The notes under the pieces were generated by a model. The model did no database searches. It was not told the origin of the DNA and saw only the letters and a list, made by a program, of their open reading frames with translations. From positions 78,752 through 142,751 of the forward strand of contig NZ_JBFHJO010000002.1 of the NCBI RefSeq assembly GCF_041595835.1: a stretch of DNA of 64,000 bases, written 5' to 3'. Position numbers and translations under genes: made by a program. This document shows positions 9,228 to 19,260 of this stretch, in pieces. The stretch is from Marinobacter sp. (GTDB taxonomy: Bacteria; Pseudomonadota; Gammaproteobacteria; Pseudomonadales; Oleiphilaceae). The first letter of the stretch is position 1; every line of letters starts with the position of its first letter.

Positions 9228-9665
9228 GTGTTTGGCGACACTGCGACTGACAGCGTTCGCAACACAGGCAGCCTGTTCGAAAGACTCGAGCAGGCTGCTG
9301 CCCCCGCGGGGCAAGGCATGGGAGAAGTGACTCATGTGGTGGAATCCATCAAACGCCATTTAGTGCGCTTGCTGAACGCTCATCCAGGCAACAGCGCAAG
9401 CGTGCCGGACCTGGGCTTGCTGGATTTCAACGACGCCACCCTGGGTACTCACGATCTGAGTATCCAGATTCGCGGGGCGATCCGTCAGTGTATCGAGAAG
9501 TTTGAGCCCAGAGTGAAACGGGTGGACGTGGTGGCGTTGCCGCCGGGCCCAAACCCATTGCAGTTGAAGTTTCAGGTTACGGTTTATCTGAGCGTCACAG
9601 GAAGTGATGACAGAACCACAATAGACCTGGTTTTAGATGAAAAGCGGTACTACCGGATAGCATGA
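9228..9665 (+). CDS. tssE: T6SS baseplate subunit TssE (gp25/lysozyme-like)
   Basis: 145 aa; SLFERLE...SIKRHLVRLLN...LGLLDFND motifs typical of TssE; GTG start. Confidence 0.9.
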   Translation: MFGDTATDSVRNTGSLFERLEQAAAPAGQGMGEVTHVVESIKRHLVRLLNAHPGNSASVPDLGLLDFNDATLGTHDLSIQIRGAIRQCIEKFEPRVKRVDVVALPPGPNPLQLKFQVTVYLSVTGSDDRTTIDLVLDEKRYYRIA

Positions 9666-9696
9666 ATCCGCCCGGAGTCAGACTGGTGCAGTATTT

Positions 9697-11469
9697 ATGA
9701 AGTTGAATCGGTTCTACAGGGATGAGTTGAACTTTTTGCGGCGGCAAGGCAGGGAATTTGCCGATGCACATCCGCAGCTCACCCGATTTTTATCTGAACA
9801 AAGCACCGACCCGGATGTAGAACGCCTTTTGGAAGGCTTTGCCTTCCTGACCGGCAAGCTGCGAGAAAAAGTTGAAGACGAATTTCCGGAGCTTACGCAC
9901 TCGCTGCTAAACATGCTCTGGCCTAATTACCTGCGGCCAGTGCCAAGTTGCACCATTATGCGTTTTGACCCACAGCTTCACGCTATCAGTGAACGTCAGC
10001 GGGTTGAGCGTCATACCGAAATCAAAAGCCGACCTGTGGGCGAATCCAGCCGCCAGACCCAGTGCCGGTTCCGAACCTGCCGGGCCGTAGATATTTTCCC
10101 AATCAGCGTGGCAGAGGCTCACGCCGAACATTCACGGGAGGTATCTTCTGTCTCTGTAGACCTGGCCTTGCACACCGATCAGCCCCTGAACACGCTGAGT
10201 CTTGAATGTCTGCGTTTTTATCTGGGTGGTGATAACCATACGGCTGAAACCTTGTATCTGTGGCTAAATCACTACCTCAGCCGAATGGAGTTGGTGGTGG
10301 GGGAGAGTGTTTATAACTTGCCACCGTCTCTGCTGAAGCCTGTCGGGTTTGCGTCAGAAGAGGCCATTTTGCCCTATCCGAAAAATGCCTATGCAGGTTA
10401 CCGGATTATTCAGGAATACCTGAGCTTTCCGGAGACATTCAGGTTTATCGATGTCACCGGCCTGAAATTACGGTTGCCATCGGTACAAGCGGATGAAGTC
10501 AGCCTTCGTTTCCATTTTAGCCGTATGTTGCCTCCGGACACTCGGGTAACCCGCGACTCCATGCAGCTTTACTGTACACCTGCGGTAAACCTGTTCCGCC
10601 ATGAGGGTGAGCCGGTAGACCTGAACGGCCGGGAAACCGAGTATCGGATTTCACCGTCCAGTCGCTGCCCTGAGCACTATGAAGTGTTCAGCATTGAACA
10701 GGTTGAAGGTTGGCTGGAAGGCCGCTCTGGCCGCGGTGAGCCGCGTATCTATACCGGGTTTGAAAGCTTCCAGCATGAAGTGGAGCGGGATCGTGGCCGT
10801 GCCGCACTGTATTACCGGGTGCGCACCCGGGAAAGCGTCCGGGGTGACGGCTTTGATCACTACATCGCCTTTGTTCGGGGGGATGAGTCCGACTGTATGA
10901 ACCGACAGGAAGCGGTTTCTCTGACGCTCACCTGTACTAATCGGCAATTGCCTCAGCAACTGGCGGTAGGCGAGATTTGTATGGCTACGGAAACTACGCC
11001 GGCCTTCGCCTCTTTCAGTAACATCACCCGGCCTACAGCCACCTTGCGGCCAACACTGGACGGTAGCTTGTTGTGGACGTTGATCTCCAATCTTTCACTG
11101 AACTACCTGTCCATGCTGGATGTGGATGCTCTGCGTACGGTGTTGCGTGTGTATGACTTTCGGGCTTTGGTTGATCGTCAGGCGGAGCGGGTCTCCCAGA
11201 AACGGCTGGCGGGTATCCGCGAAATAACGACTCAACCGGTGGACCGGATGATCCGGGGGTTACCTGTACGTGGCATACGCTCCGTGTTGACGCTGGATCA
11301 GCAGAACTTTGCCAGTGAAGGGGATTTATACCTGTTTGGCTCGGTGTTAAGCCAGTTTTTTGCGCTTTACGCCAGTATTAACGCCTTTCACCAGCTGGAA
11401 GTGGTGAATACAGAGAATAAGGAACGGTACACATGGACGTTACAGCAAGGTCAGCAGCCGCTGATGTAG
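9697..11469 (+). CDS. tssF: T6SS baseplate subunit TssF
   Basis: 590 aa; canonical N-terminus MKLNRFYRDELNFLRRQGREFADAHPQLTRFL...ERLLEGFAFL. Confidence 0.95.
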   Translation: MKLNRFYRDELNFLRRQGREFADAHPQLTRFLSEQSTDPDVERLLEGFAFLTGKLREKVEDEFPELTHSLLNMLWPNYLRPVPSCTIMRFDPQLHAISERQRVERHTEIKSRPVGESSRQTQCRFRTCRAVDIFPISVAEAHAEHSREVSSVSVDLALHTDQPLNTLSLECLRFYLGGDNHTAETLYLWLNHYLSRMELVVGESVYNLPPSLLKPVGFASEEAILPYPKNAYAGYRIIQEYLSFPETFRFIDVTGLKLRLPSVQADEVSLRFHFSRMLPPDTRVTRDSMQLYCTPAVNLFRHEGEPVDLNGRETEYRISPSSRCPEHYEVFSIEQVEGWLEGRSGRGEPRIYTGFESFQHEVERDRGRAALYYRVRTRESVRGDGFDHYIAFVRGDESDCMNRQEAVSLTLTCTNRQLPQQLAVGEICMATETTPAFASFSNITRPTATLRPTLDGSLLWTLISNLSLNYLSMLDVDALRTVLRVYDFRALVDRQAERVSQKRLAGIREITTQPVDRMIRGLPVRGIRSVLTLDQQNFASEGDLYLFGSVLSQFFALYASINAFHQLEVVNTENKERYTWTLQQGQQPLM

Positions 11470-12449
11470 CCGGGCTGGAACCCATTCTCGGAAACGCGAG
11501 GCGCTACAGCTTTTTTCAGCTGGTTGATCTTATTCACCGACACCATGGTGACGATCTGGAACGCTCAGGTTCGGGCGACCCCTTGCAGGAGCGTATCCGT
11601 TTTTCAGCGTCGGCAGGGCTGGGTTTTCCGGGTAGTGATGTCGTGTCGGCATTATCGCCAGAGCATGAGCACGCGCCCTATCAAATGGAAGTCAGCTTTC
11701 TTGGGTTACACGGCTCTCAGTCGCCATTGCCGGGGTATTACCTGGAAGATATGGCCTGGGAAGCTGGCCAGAATCTGGGGGTGCGCCGGCACTTTCTGGA
11801 CTTCTTTAATCACCGGCTGGTGACTCTGTTTCATAGGGCGTGGCGCAAATACCGGTATTACGTCCGGTTCCAGCCAGGTGCCAGTGACGGGTTTTCTGAA
11901 CTGGTGTTTTCCCTGACCGGATTGGGTGACCGCCGCTTACGGGAAGCGACGCCGGTAAACTGGTCGAAAATGCTGGCCTATGCCGGTTTGATGGCAGGGC
12001 GAAGTCGCTCCCCGGAAGTGGTCAGCGGGATGATTGCTCATTGCTTTGATCTCGATGATGTCAGCATTGAGCAATGGGTACTGCGCAAAGTGGTGATTGC
12101 GGAAGACCAGCAAACCCGACTGGGCCAAAACAGTGCCAGCCTTGGGTACGACACGCTGCTGGGCTCCAGCATTCGGGATCGTAGTGGCAAATTTATTCTT
12201 CGGCTACGTAACCTGACCCGACAACGTTTTGCTGATTTTCTGCCGAACGGGGCAGAGCATGAGCGGTTGCTCAAACTGGTGGAATTTGCGACCCGCGAAC
12301 AGCTGGCCTATGACCTGGAGTTGGCGATGCGCCCCAAGGATATCCGGCCGATGCAGCTGGGCGAAGATGTGCGCCTGGGCTGGAACTCATTTGTGACACC
12401 GGAACGGGCCAGTGTGCGCCCTGCGGTGCGAATCCAGATTCGACGTTAA
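11433..12449 (+). CDS. tssG: T6SS baseplate subunit TssG
   Basis: 338 aa; RYSFFQLVDLIHR motif; 37-nt overlap with tssF as is usual. Confidence 0.9.
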   Translation: MDVTARSAAADVAGLEPILGNARRYSFFQLVDLIHRHHGDDLERSGSGDPLQERIRFSASAGLGFPGSDVVSALSPEHEHAPYQMEVSFLGLHGSQSPLPGYYLEDMAWEAGQNLGVRRHFLDFFNHRLVTLFHRAWRKYRYYVRFQPGASDGFSELVFSLTGLGDRRLREATPVNWSKMLAYAGLMAGRSRSPEVVSGMIAHCFDLDDVSIEQWVLRKVVIAEDQQTRLGQNSASLGYDTLLGSSIRDRSGKFILRLRNLTRQRFADFLPNGAEHERLLKLVEFATREQLAYDLELAMRPKDIRPMQLGEDVRLGWNSFVTPERASVRPAVRIQIRR

Positions 12450-12466
12450 GGCAAGGAGCCGGAGAC

Positions 12467-13657
12467 GTGGCAAAACAGAGAGCAGAACTGACGTTGGTGA
12501 TCACCAACCCCACGGAAATCAGCGGGGGGGCCAGTATCGAGCATTGTTTCAGCTCGACAGGTGGCTCTATCGGAACGGCGGCTAATGATACCTGGCGCTT
12601 GTCTCCACATCGCACGGGCGCTGTGCCTGGCCATGCTGAGGTGCGTTATCTGGATGGTGAGTTTTGCCTGATTGACCGTAGTGGCAGAACATTCATCAAC
12701 AGCAGTAGTCAACCCGTTGGGCGGGGGCGTCGCGCACGCCTTAGCCATGGTGACACGGTGACCATCGGGCGCTACCAGATGAGAGCAGAGCTCCATGATT
12801 GTTCTTCTGGAACGTCATGGTTTGAGGGAGAGGAGGGGCTGGATCATCAGCTTGTGGATGTTGGCGATGGTGAGTTACGTCGTTCCGGGCATGAACAGGA
12901 TGTATCTGAAGGCCGTGAACCTCTGGAAGGTCTTAAGGCATCAGATGATAACGTGCAAAACACGGATCCGCTGGCGTCTTGGCAGCAGCCAGATAGCTGC
13001 AATAACAGATACGTAACAAAGGAGCGACACGGAATGTCAGAGAGCAAGGTACCGGGTCCGGATGCCAGCCGTCAGCACATCAGCGGGGCTCCTCTGATGC
13101 GTGGCCTGGGCACTGAAATTGATTTTGCCGACAGTGATGACATGCGGCTGTTTCTTGAAGAAGCCGGCCAGACTCTGAAGGCGGCTGTCAATGGTCTGCT
13201 GGCACTACATATGGGCGAAGACACCCGGCATCGAGCTCTGCGCACCCGGCTTCAACCTATCGAAGATAACCCGTTGCGGTTAGGCAATGACTACGCCGGT
13301 ACCATCCGGGCACTGTTTGCCGCCGAGCGAAGCCCGGTTCATCTGTCTGCCCCGGCCGCCGTGAGGGAGAGCCTGGAGAGCCTGAATCATCACCAACAGG
13401 CAACGCAGGAGGCAATCCGTGAAGCGCTGGAAGCGATACTTCATGCCTTTTCGCCAGAAGCGTTGTTGCGCAGGTTCCACGGCTATCGCCGGGGCTTGCA
13501 GGATAACGAAGACGAGGGCCGCTGGGCCTGGAACATGTACCAACACTATTACCAAGAGCTGAGGTCCAGTCGTCAGCAGGGTTTTGAACGCCTGTTTCAG
13601 GAAGTGTTCGACCAGGCATACGACCAACACTTGCGCCAATTACAGAGGGAAAGTTGA
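12467..13657 (+). CDS. tagH: T6SS-associated FHA-domain protein (TagH/Fha)
   Basis: N-terminal FHA domain (GRSGRTFINSSSQPVGRGRRARLSHGDTVTIGRYQM), acidic linker, C-terminal TagH-like region; position between tssG and tssJ as in Vibrio. Confidence 0.85.
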   Translation: MAKQRAELTLVITNPTEISGGASIEHCFSSTGGSIGTAANDTWRLSPHRTGAVPGHAEVRYLDGEFCLIDRSGRTFINSSSQPVGRGRRARLSHGDTVTIGRYQMRAELHDCSSGTSWFEGEEGLDHQLVDVGDGELRRSGHEQDVSEGREPLEGLKASDDNVQNTDPLASWQQPDSCNNRYVTKERHGMSESKVPGPDASRQHISGAPLMRGLGTEIDFADSDDMRLFLEEAGQTLKAAVNGLLALHMGEDTRHRALRTRLQPIEDNPLRLGNDYAGTIRALFAAERSPVHLSAPAAVRESLESLNHHQQATQEAIREALEAILHAFSPEALLRRFHGYRRGLQDNEDEGRWAWNMYQHYYQELRSSRQQGFERLFQEVFDQAYDQHLRQLQRES

Positions 13658-14193
13658 TTGTGAATTACTGCAAATGGAGCTTGCTGACTATTGTGATATT
13701 TCTGGTGGGGTGCAGTACCCCTTATAACGCAGTTACCAAAACGGCCAAAGTGCTGTGGGACCCTGATATCCCTGTGGGCTATCCGGAAGATCAGCCCACT
13801 CTTGTGGATCTCACCATGCTTGCGGAACCGAGTGTAAACCCGAATCAGTCTTTGGCACCGACGCCGATCGCGTTTCAGATCATCGAATTGCGGGACAGTT
13901 CGTTGTTGATGGCGGGTGACTTCGATCAGTTGCTGAACAACCTTGAGGGCTCGCTCGGGCGGAACTACGTGGATCATAGCGATTACACCTTGGTGCCTGG
14001 CCAGTTCAAGTTTGTCGAACCTTTTGAAATCAGCGAAGACACGCGGTTTATCGGGGTGATTGCCTTTTATGCCTACCCCAACTTGTCCCAGTGGAAAAAA
14101 GTGGTGAAGGTTAATCCGATCGGAGGTACTTATCACCTGCTGGTAAACCTGCGTGAGCGGGAAGTGAAACTGACACCTTCGGATGAAAGCTGA
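13654..14193 (+). CDS. tssJ: T6SS outer-membrane lipoprotein TssJ
   Basis: Lipobox LVGC after a hydrophobic signal sequence; ~180 aa; conserved position. Confidence 0.85.
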   Translation: MIVNYCKWSLLTIVIFLVGCSTPYNAVTKTAKVLWDPDIPVGYPEDQPTLVDLTMLAEPSVNPNQSLAPTPIAFQIIELRDSSLLMAGDFDQLLNNLEGSLGRNYVDHSDYTLVPGQFKFVEPFEISEDTRFIGVIAFYAYPNLSQWKKVVKVNPIGGTYHLLVNLREREVKLTPSDES

Positions 14194-15527
14194 TGACTGC
14201 AATCAATCGGGTAGTCTGGAGTGACGGACTCTTCATCAAGCCGCAACACTTCCAGCAACAGCAGCGATATCTTGAGCACCAGATCAATGAACGGGCTTTG
14301 GCGATCTCAGATTACTTATACGGTTTCAGTAATCTGGAGCTGAATGCCGAGTATCTGAGTTTTGGCCGGATCGGGTTGGTGCGGGCATCCGGGTTGTTCC
14401 CGGATGGCACCCGATTCAATCTGCCTCAAGATGATGTAATGCCTGATCCGCTGGAAATCACGGATGCCTCGGTAGCCAACCAGGTGGTGTACCTGGCTCT
14501 GCCATTGGGTAGTGACTCTCTGGCCGAAGTGGAGTGGCCAGATGGCCCTGTCGCTGGCCGGTTTCGTGCGCTCTCGGTTGAAATCCGAGACCTGCATTCG
14601 GTCGACGGTGATACCTATAGCATTGATGTCGGGCGAGTGGCGCCACGGCTGATGCTGGAACGGGAAGACCGAAGCGCCTACGCGGCACTGGCTATTGGTC
14701 GGATTCTGGAAAAACGCCCGGATGGCAGCCTGGTGATGGACCCCCATTTCCTGCCAACCATGCTCAGTGTGCGTTCAGCGCCACGCCTGCACCGGTTTGT
14801 GGGTGAAATGTCAGGCTTGATGCAGGAGCGCGCCCGCAATATTGCTGAGCGCGTGGGCGCGCCAGGCCAGGGTAGTGTTGCCGATGTCTCAGATTTCATG
14901 CTGCTGCAACTGTTGAATCGGGCGCACCCGAAGTTTATGCATCTGGCACGTTTGCGTCAGTTGCATCCGGAGAGGCTCTACGAAGCCTTGCTGGAGCTGT
15001 GTGGAGAGTTGGTGACCTTCACTGATGAAAGCCGTATGCCACGTGAGTTTATCTCCTACGACCATGACCTTCCGGAGGGCTGTTTCAGCCCACTTATGCA
15101 AGTCTTGCGTCAGGCTCTGAGCACAGTGTTGGAACCACGGGCCCTGTCTATTTCTCTGCAGCAGCGTCAGTACGGACTGACCGTTGCACCGGTGCAGGAC
15201 AGTCAGCTAATCAACGATGCCGAGTTTATTCTGGCGGTCAAATCCGATATGCCGCTGGACGACCTGCGCAAACAGTTTACTCAGCAGTGCAAGGTGGCCT
15301 CGGTGGAGAAAATTCGCGACCTTATCAGCCTGCAGCTGCCGGGCATTCCGTTGTCCGCACTGCCGGTAGCCCCGCGCCAATTGCCTTATCATGCGGGCTT
15401 TGTGTACTTCCGGCTGGATGATCAGAGCCAGGCCTGGCAGATGCTCGACAACGCCAGCGGTTTCGCCTTCCATGTGGCGGGCAGCTATCCGGGGCTGGAG
15501 ATGCAATTCTGGGCAATCAGGAGCTAA
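14193..15527 (+). CDS. tssK: T6SS baseplate subunit TssK
   Basis: 444 aa; N-terminus MTAINRVVWSDGLFIKPQHFQQQ is the TssK hallmark; ATGA overlap with tssJ stop. Confidence 0.95.
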   Translation: MTAINRVVWSDGLFIKPQHFQQQQRYLEHQINERALAISDYLYGFSNLELNAEYLSFGRIGLVRASGLFPDGTRFNLPQDDVMPDPLEITDASVANQVVYLALPLGSDSLAEVEWPDGPVAGRFRALSVEIRDLHSVDGDTYSIDVGRVAPRLMLEREDRSAYAALAIGRILEKRPDGSLVMDPHFLPTMLSVRSAPRLHRFVGEMSGLMQERARNIAERVGAPGQGSVADVSDFMLLQLLNRAHPKFMHLARLRQLHPERLYEALLELCGELVTFTDESRMPREFISYDHDLPEGCFSPLMQVLRQALSTVLEPRALSISLQQRQYGLTVAPVQDSQLINDAEFILAVKSDMPLDDLRKQFTQQCKVASVEKIRDLISLQLPGIPLSALPVAPRQLPYHAGFVYFRLDDQSQAWQMLDNASGFAFHVAGSYPGLEMQFWAIRS

Positions 15528-15530
15528 ATC

Positions 15531-16352
15531 ATGGCAGATGCACCGGTAATGGATGGACCAGGTAGCACCACGGATTCGGGTGATCGTGCATTCAGTGAAC
15601 TTCTGTTTGCGGGCTCCGGGAATACCGGCGACCGGCCAGAGTTTAATAACACAGCTTTTCAGCTTAGAGGGCTGGAAGAAAACCGCTTGATCGATGCCGC
15701 CACATCGTTACTGGGTCTGGTTATCCGGGTTCGCCGGCTGGCGGACTTCCGGGATGTGGAAAGTCTGTACCAGCAGGTACTGGACGAGGTCGCCGCTATC
15801 GACCGAGAGTTGGTCGAGCAGGGGTATGAGCGTCCCACCGTTGTGGCCTACCGTTATGTATTGTGTGCTTTCATCGACGAAGCAGTGCTGGGGACTGATT
15901 GGGGGGCTCACAGTGTGTGGTCCCAGCATTCTCTGCTATCGCGATTCCACAACGAAACCTGGGGTGGGGAAAAAGTCTTCGCCATTCTGGCTCGCATGGA
16001 GAAAGAGCCGGAGCGTTACAGGGATATGCTCGGCTTTATCTATCTGTGCCTGTGCCTGGGTTTTGAAGGTCGTTACAAGGTGATGGAAAACGGTCGGGAA
16101 GAATACGATCAGATTGTACGTGGTCTGTATGAGCAGTTACGAGACCTAAGAGGCGACAGGGATCCACGGCCGCTGGCTGATGCCTCAGAAAACGTGGTTC
16201 CGGCTCGTAACCGTTTGCGCAGCGGCTTGCCAGTCTGGGGTATTGGAGGTCTGTTTATCGCAGCGATGGCGGGCATTTACCACTTGTATAACGTGGCGCT
16301 GAACGAACGCATCAGGGATGTGCTCAGCGTTCTGGACCAACTACCAAAATAA
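15531..16352 (+). CDS. tssL: T6SS membrane-complex subunit TssL (DotU-like)
   Basis: DotU-type cytoplasmic domain (YRYVLCAFIDEAVL) plus single C-terminal TM (IGGLFIAAMAGIY). Confidence 0.9.
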   Translation: MADAPVMDGPGSTTDSGDRAFSELLFAGSGNTGDRPEFNNTAFQLRGLEENRLIDAATSLLGLVIRVRRLADFRDVESLYQQVLDEVAAIDRELVEQGYERPTVVAYRYVLCAFIDEAVLGTDWGAHSVWSQHSLLSRFHNETWGGEKVFAILARMEKEPERYRDMLGFIYLCLCLGFEGRYKVMENGREEYDQIVRGLYEQLRDLRGDRDPRPLADASENVVPARNRLRSGLPVWGIGGLFIAAMAGIYHLYNVALNERIRDVLSVLDQLPK

Positions 16353-16361
16353 GGATATCAC

Positions 16362-19005
16362 TGTGATTCGGGTAGAACTGCCGGCGCTGATCGGGCGCCT
16401 GAACGACATTTCACGCCAGGCACTGGAAGCCTCAGCGGCCCTGTGTATCAGTCGTCAGGGTGCGGAAATCACCCCGGCGCACCTTCTGTTTAAATTACTG
16501 GAAACCCCGTTCTCGGATGTGCGCCAGATTCTGGAACACACGGGCATCAACCACCAGCAACTGCAGCCCGTGGTGGGTGACAGCCTGAATGGCGAACCGC
16601 AAACCGCTGAGCCGTACCCGTCGTTCTCACCGCTGCTGGTAGAGCTGATGCAGGATGCCTGGCTGCTGGCCTCGGCTGAACTGGGCCACACGGAACTTCG
16701 CTCAGGGGGGGTGTTTCTGGCGCTGTTGATGAACGCTGACCGATACCTGATGCCCCGGGTCGCCCAGGCATTAGTGGACATCAACCGGGAACAGCTGCGC
16801 AAGCAGTTTGATCGGGTAACCGAGGGTTCTGTGGAACGTCCGCAGCTGATGGAAAGCGGTGGTGCCAATCCAGCGGTTGAGGCCGATATGGACCCGCTCA
16901 AACGTTACGCCACCGACTTCACCAGGCTGGCCCGGGAAGGCAAACTGGACCCCGTGGTGTGTCGGGATGCCGAGATCGATCAGATGATCGACATTCTGTG
17001 CCGTCGCCGCAAGAACAACCCCATCGTGGTGGGCGATGCCGGGGTGGGCAAAAGTGCTGTGGTTGAAGGGCTCGCCCTGCGTATCGTTAACGGCGATGTG
17101 CCGGACCGCCTGAAGAACGTCGAACTTTGGACCCTGGATATGGGTGCCCTGCAGGCTGGTGCCTCGGTGAAGGGCGAGTTTGAAAAACGCTTGAAGGGCG
17201 TGATTGAAGCCGTTAAAGGTTCGGCTATCCCAGTTATCCTGTTTATCGATGAAGCCCACACCCTGATCGGCGCAGGTAACAATGAAGGTGGCTCGGATGC
17301 GGCCAACTTGCTAAAGCCTGCTCTGGCCCGGGGCGAACTGCGCACCATCGCTGCTACTACCTGGCGCGAGTACAAGAAATACTTCGAAAAAGATCCGGCT
17401 CTTAGCCGTCGCTTCCAGCCGGTGGCTTTGGATGAGCCGACACCGGGTGAAGCCGTTTACATCCTCCGAGGCCTGCGCACGGTCTACGAAAAGGCCCACC
17501 ACGTATTGATCGCTGACAGCGCCCTGAAAGCGGCTGCTGAAATGTCCGCCCGTTACCTGGCCGGTCGCCAGCTGCCGGACAAAGCCATCGACGTACTGGA
17601 TACTGCCTGTGCCCGAGTCAGCCTGAACCTGAGCACACCGCCACGCCGTCTCAGCCATGTGCGAAGTGAACTGCATCAGCTGGTCCAGGAGCTGGAGCTT
17701 CTGAACCGGGAACACACGCTTGGCCAGAACGTGGATGCCGAGCGGGAGCAGACCCTGGAGCAACAGATTGCTGACTTAACCTCTGAATCCGAAGCGCTGG
17801 AACAAAGCTGGAATGATCAGCGCGAACTTGTTGCCCGATTGGTCGAGGTCCGCGAACAGCTGTTGGCGGAGGATATTGAGGGCCGAACCACCGATGACGC
17901 TGCAGTTGAGTTAGCCGAGAGCGATCATGAAGAGCGCCCGGACCTGAAAAGCGAAGCCGCCGCCATCGAACAGGAACTGGCTGAACTCCAGGCCGACGAA
18001 CCGTTGGTACACGCCCGGGTGGACGCACGCCAGGTGGCCGAAGTCATCGCTGACTGGACCGGCATCCCGGTTAATCGCATGACCACCGACGAGCTGGAAA
18101 AAATCACCCATTTGCCGGAGTATCTGCAGGCCCATATCAAAGGCCAGGACACCGCCATTAGCTGCCTGCACCAGCACCTGCTCACCGCCCGCGCTGATCT
18201 CCGTCGTCCAGGCCGCCCGATGGGTGCCTTTTTGCTGGTGGGACCGAGCGGCGTAGGTAAAACCGAAACTGTGGTGCAACTGGCCGAACTGCTCTATGGT
18301 GGCCGCCAGTTCCTCACCACCATCAACATGTCTGAATACCAGGAGAAGCACACCGTCTCCCGCCTGATCGGTTCACCCCCAGGCTACGTCGGATTTGGCG
18401 AAGGCGGCATTCTTACCGAAGCCATCCGCCAGAAGCCTTATTCCGTGGTGCTGCTCGACGAAGTCGAAAAAGCCCACCCGGAAGTGCTCAACCTCTTCTA
18501 CCAGGCTTTCGACAAAGGCGAACTGGCCGACGGTGAAGGCCGGTTGATCGACTGCAAAAACGTGGTCTTCTTCCTGACCTCCAACCTCGGCTTCCAGACC
18601 ATCGTCAACCACGCCGACGAGCCGGAGAAGATCGAAGAAGCCCTGTATCCGGAATTGGCCAGCTTCTTCAAGCCGGCGTTGCTGGCGCGGATGGAAGTGG
18701 TGCCCTACCTGCCGCTGGGTGAAGACACCCTCAACCGCATCGTTGGCGACAAACTCCAGCGTCTGGCTGACCAGATTCAAGCCCGTTACCACACCGAGGT
18801 GGTACTGGAAGACGGCCTGGTCGAAGCTATCCGCAGCCGCGCCACCAGAAGTGAAAACGGCGCGCGGATGCTGGAGTCGATCATTGAAGGCGAACTGCTG
18901 CCACCGGTGTCGCTGGCGTTGCTGGAAAAACTGGCGGCCAGGGAGCCGGTGACGAAGGTCACACTGGGTGTGGAAGAAAACAAATTCACAGGAATCGTCG
19001 CTTAG
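16362..19005 (+). CDS. clpV: T6SS AAA+ ATPase ClpV (TssH)
   Basis: Two AAA modules (GDAGVGKSAV..., GPSGVGKTETVVQLA...), ClpB-type N-domain VIRVELPALIGRLN; AAGGA RBS before GTG 16362. Confidence 0.95.
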
Positions 19006-19260
19006 CCTGGAGGCTTCCTGAATCGTAACGCACCGTGGGGGATAGCTTTCCAAAACCCTGCGGAGCCATGGGTGAAGGGTGAAAGCCCTTCACGGGTTGG
19101 CCAGGGATGGCTAAGACAGGACCCTCACTGCGACGCAGGAGCAGTAAGCAGTGAGGGCGGAGCGGAGCGTACAGGGATGTATTCACAGCGTGTTTTGGAA
19201 AGCCACCCCGCAGGATGCGCGGGCGACGAACTCCCAAGTAATCATTTTGGAAACAGAAAC
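19006..19260 (+). other. highly structured non-coding intergenic region (two perfect hairpins plus a long-range inverted repeat) between clpV and vasH
   Basis: Hairpins GTGAAGGG-tgaaag-CCCTTCAC (19072-19093) and CCCTCACTGC-N16-GCAGTGAGGG (19122-19157); TTTCCAAAAC (19047) vs GTTTTGGAAA (19192); CCTGCGG vs CCGCAGG. Confidence 0.6.

Noticed and set aside
18373-19053. 226-aa minus-strand ORF overlapping the clpV 3' end
   Set aside because: It is antisense to ClpV AAA2/C-terminal coding sequence and is a shadow ORF.
19072-19260. ORF-track N-terminal extension of the vasH ORF
   Set aside because: The region is packed with perfect hairpins and inverted repeats, and the conserved EBP N-terminus starts at the ATG at 19261. 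I treat it as structured non-coding sequence.
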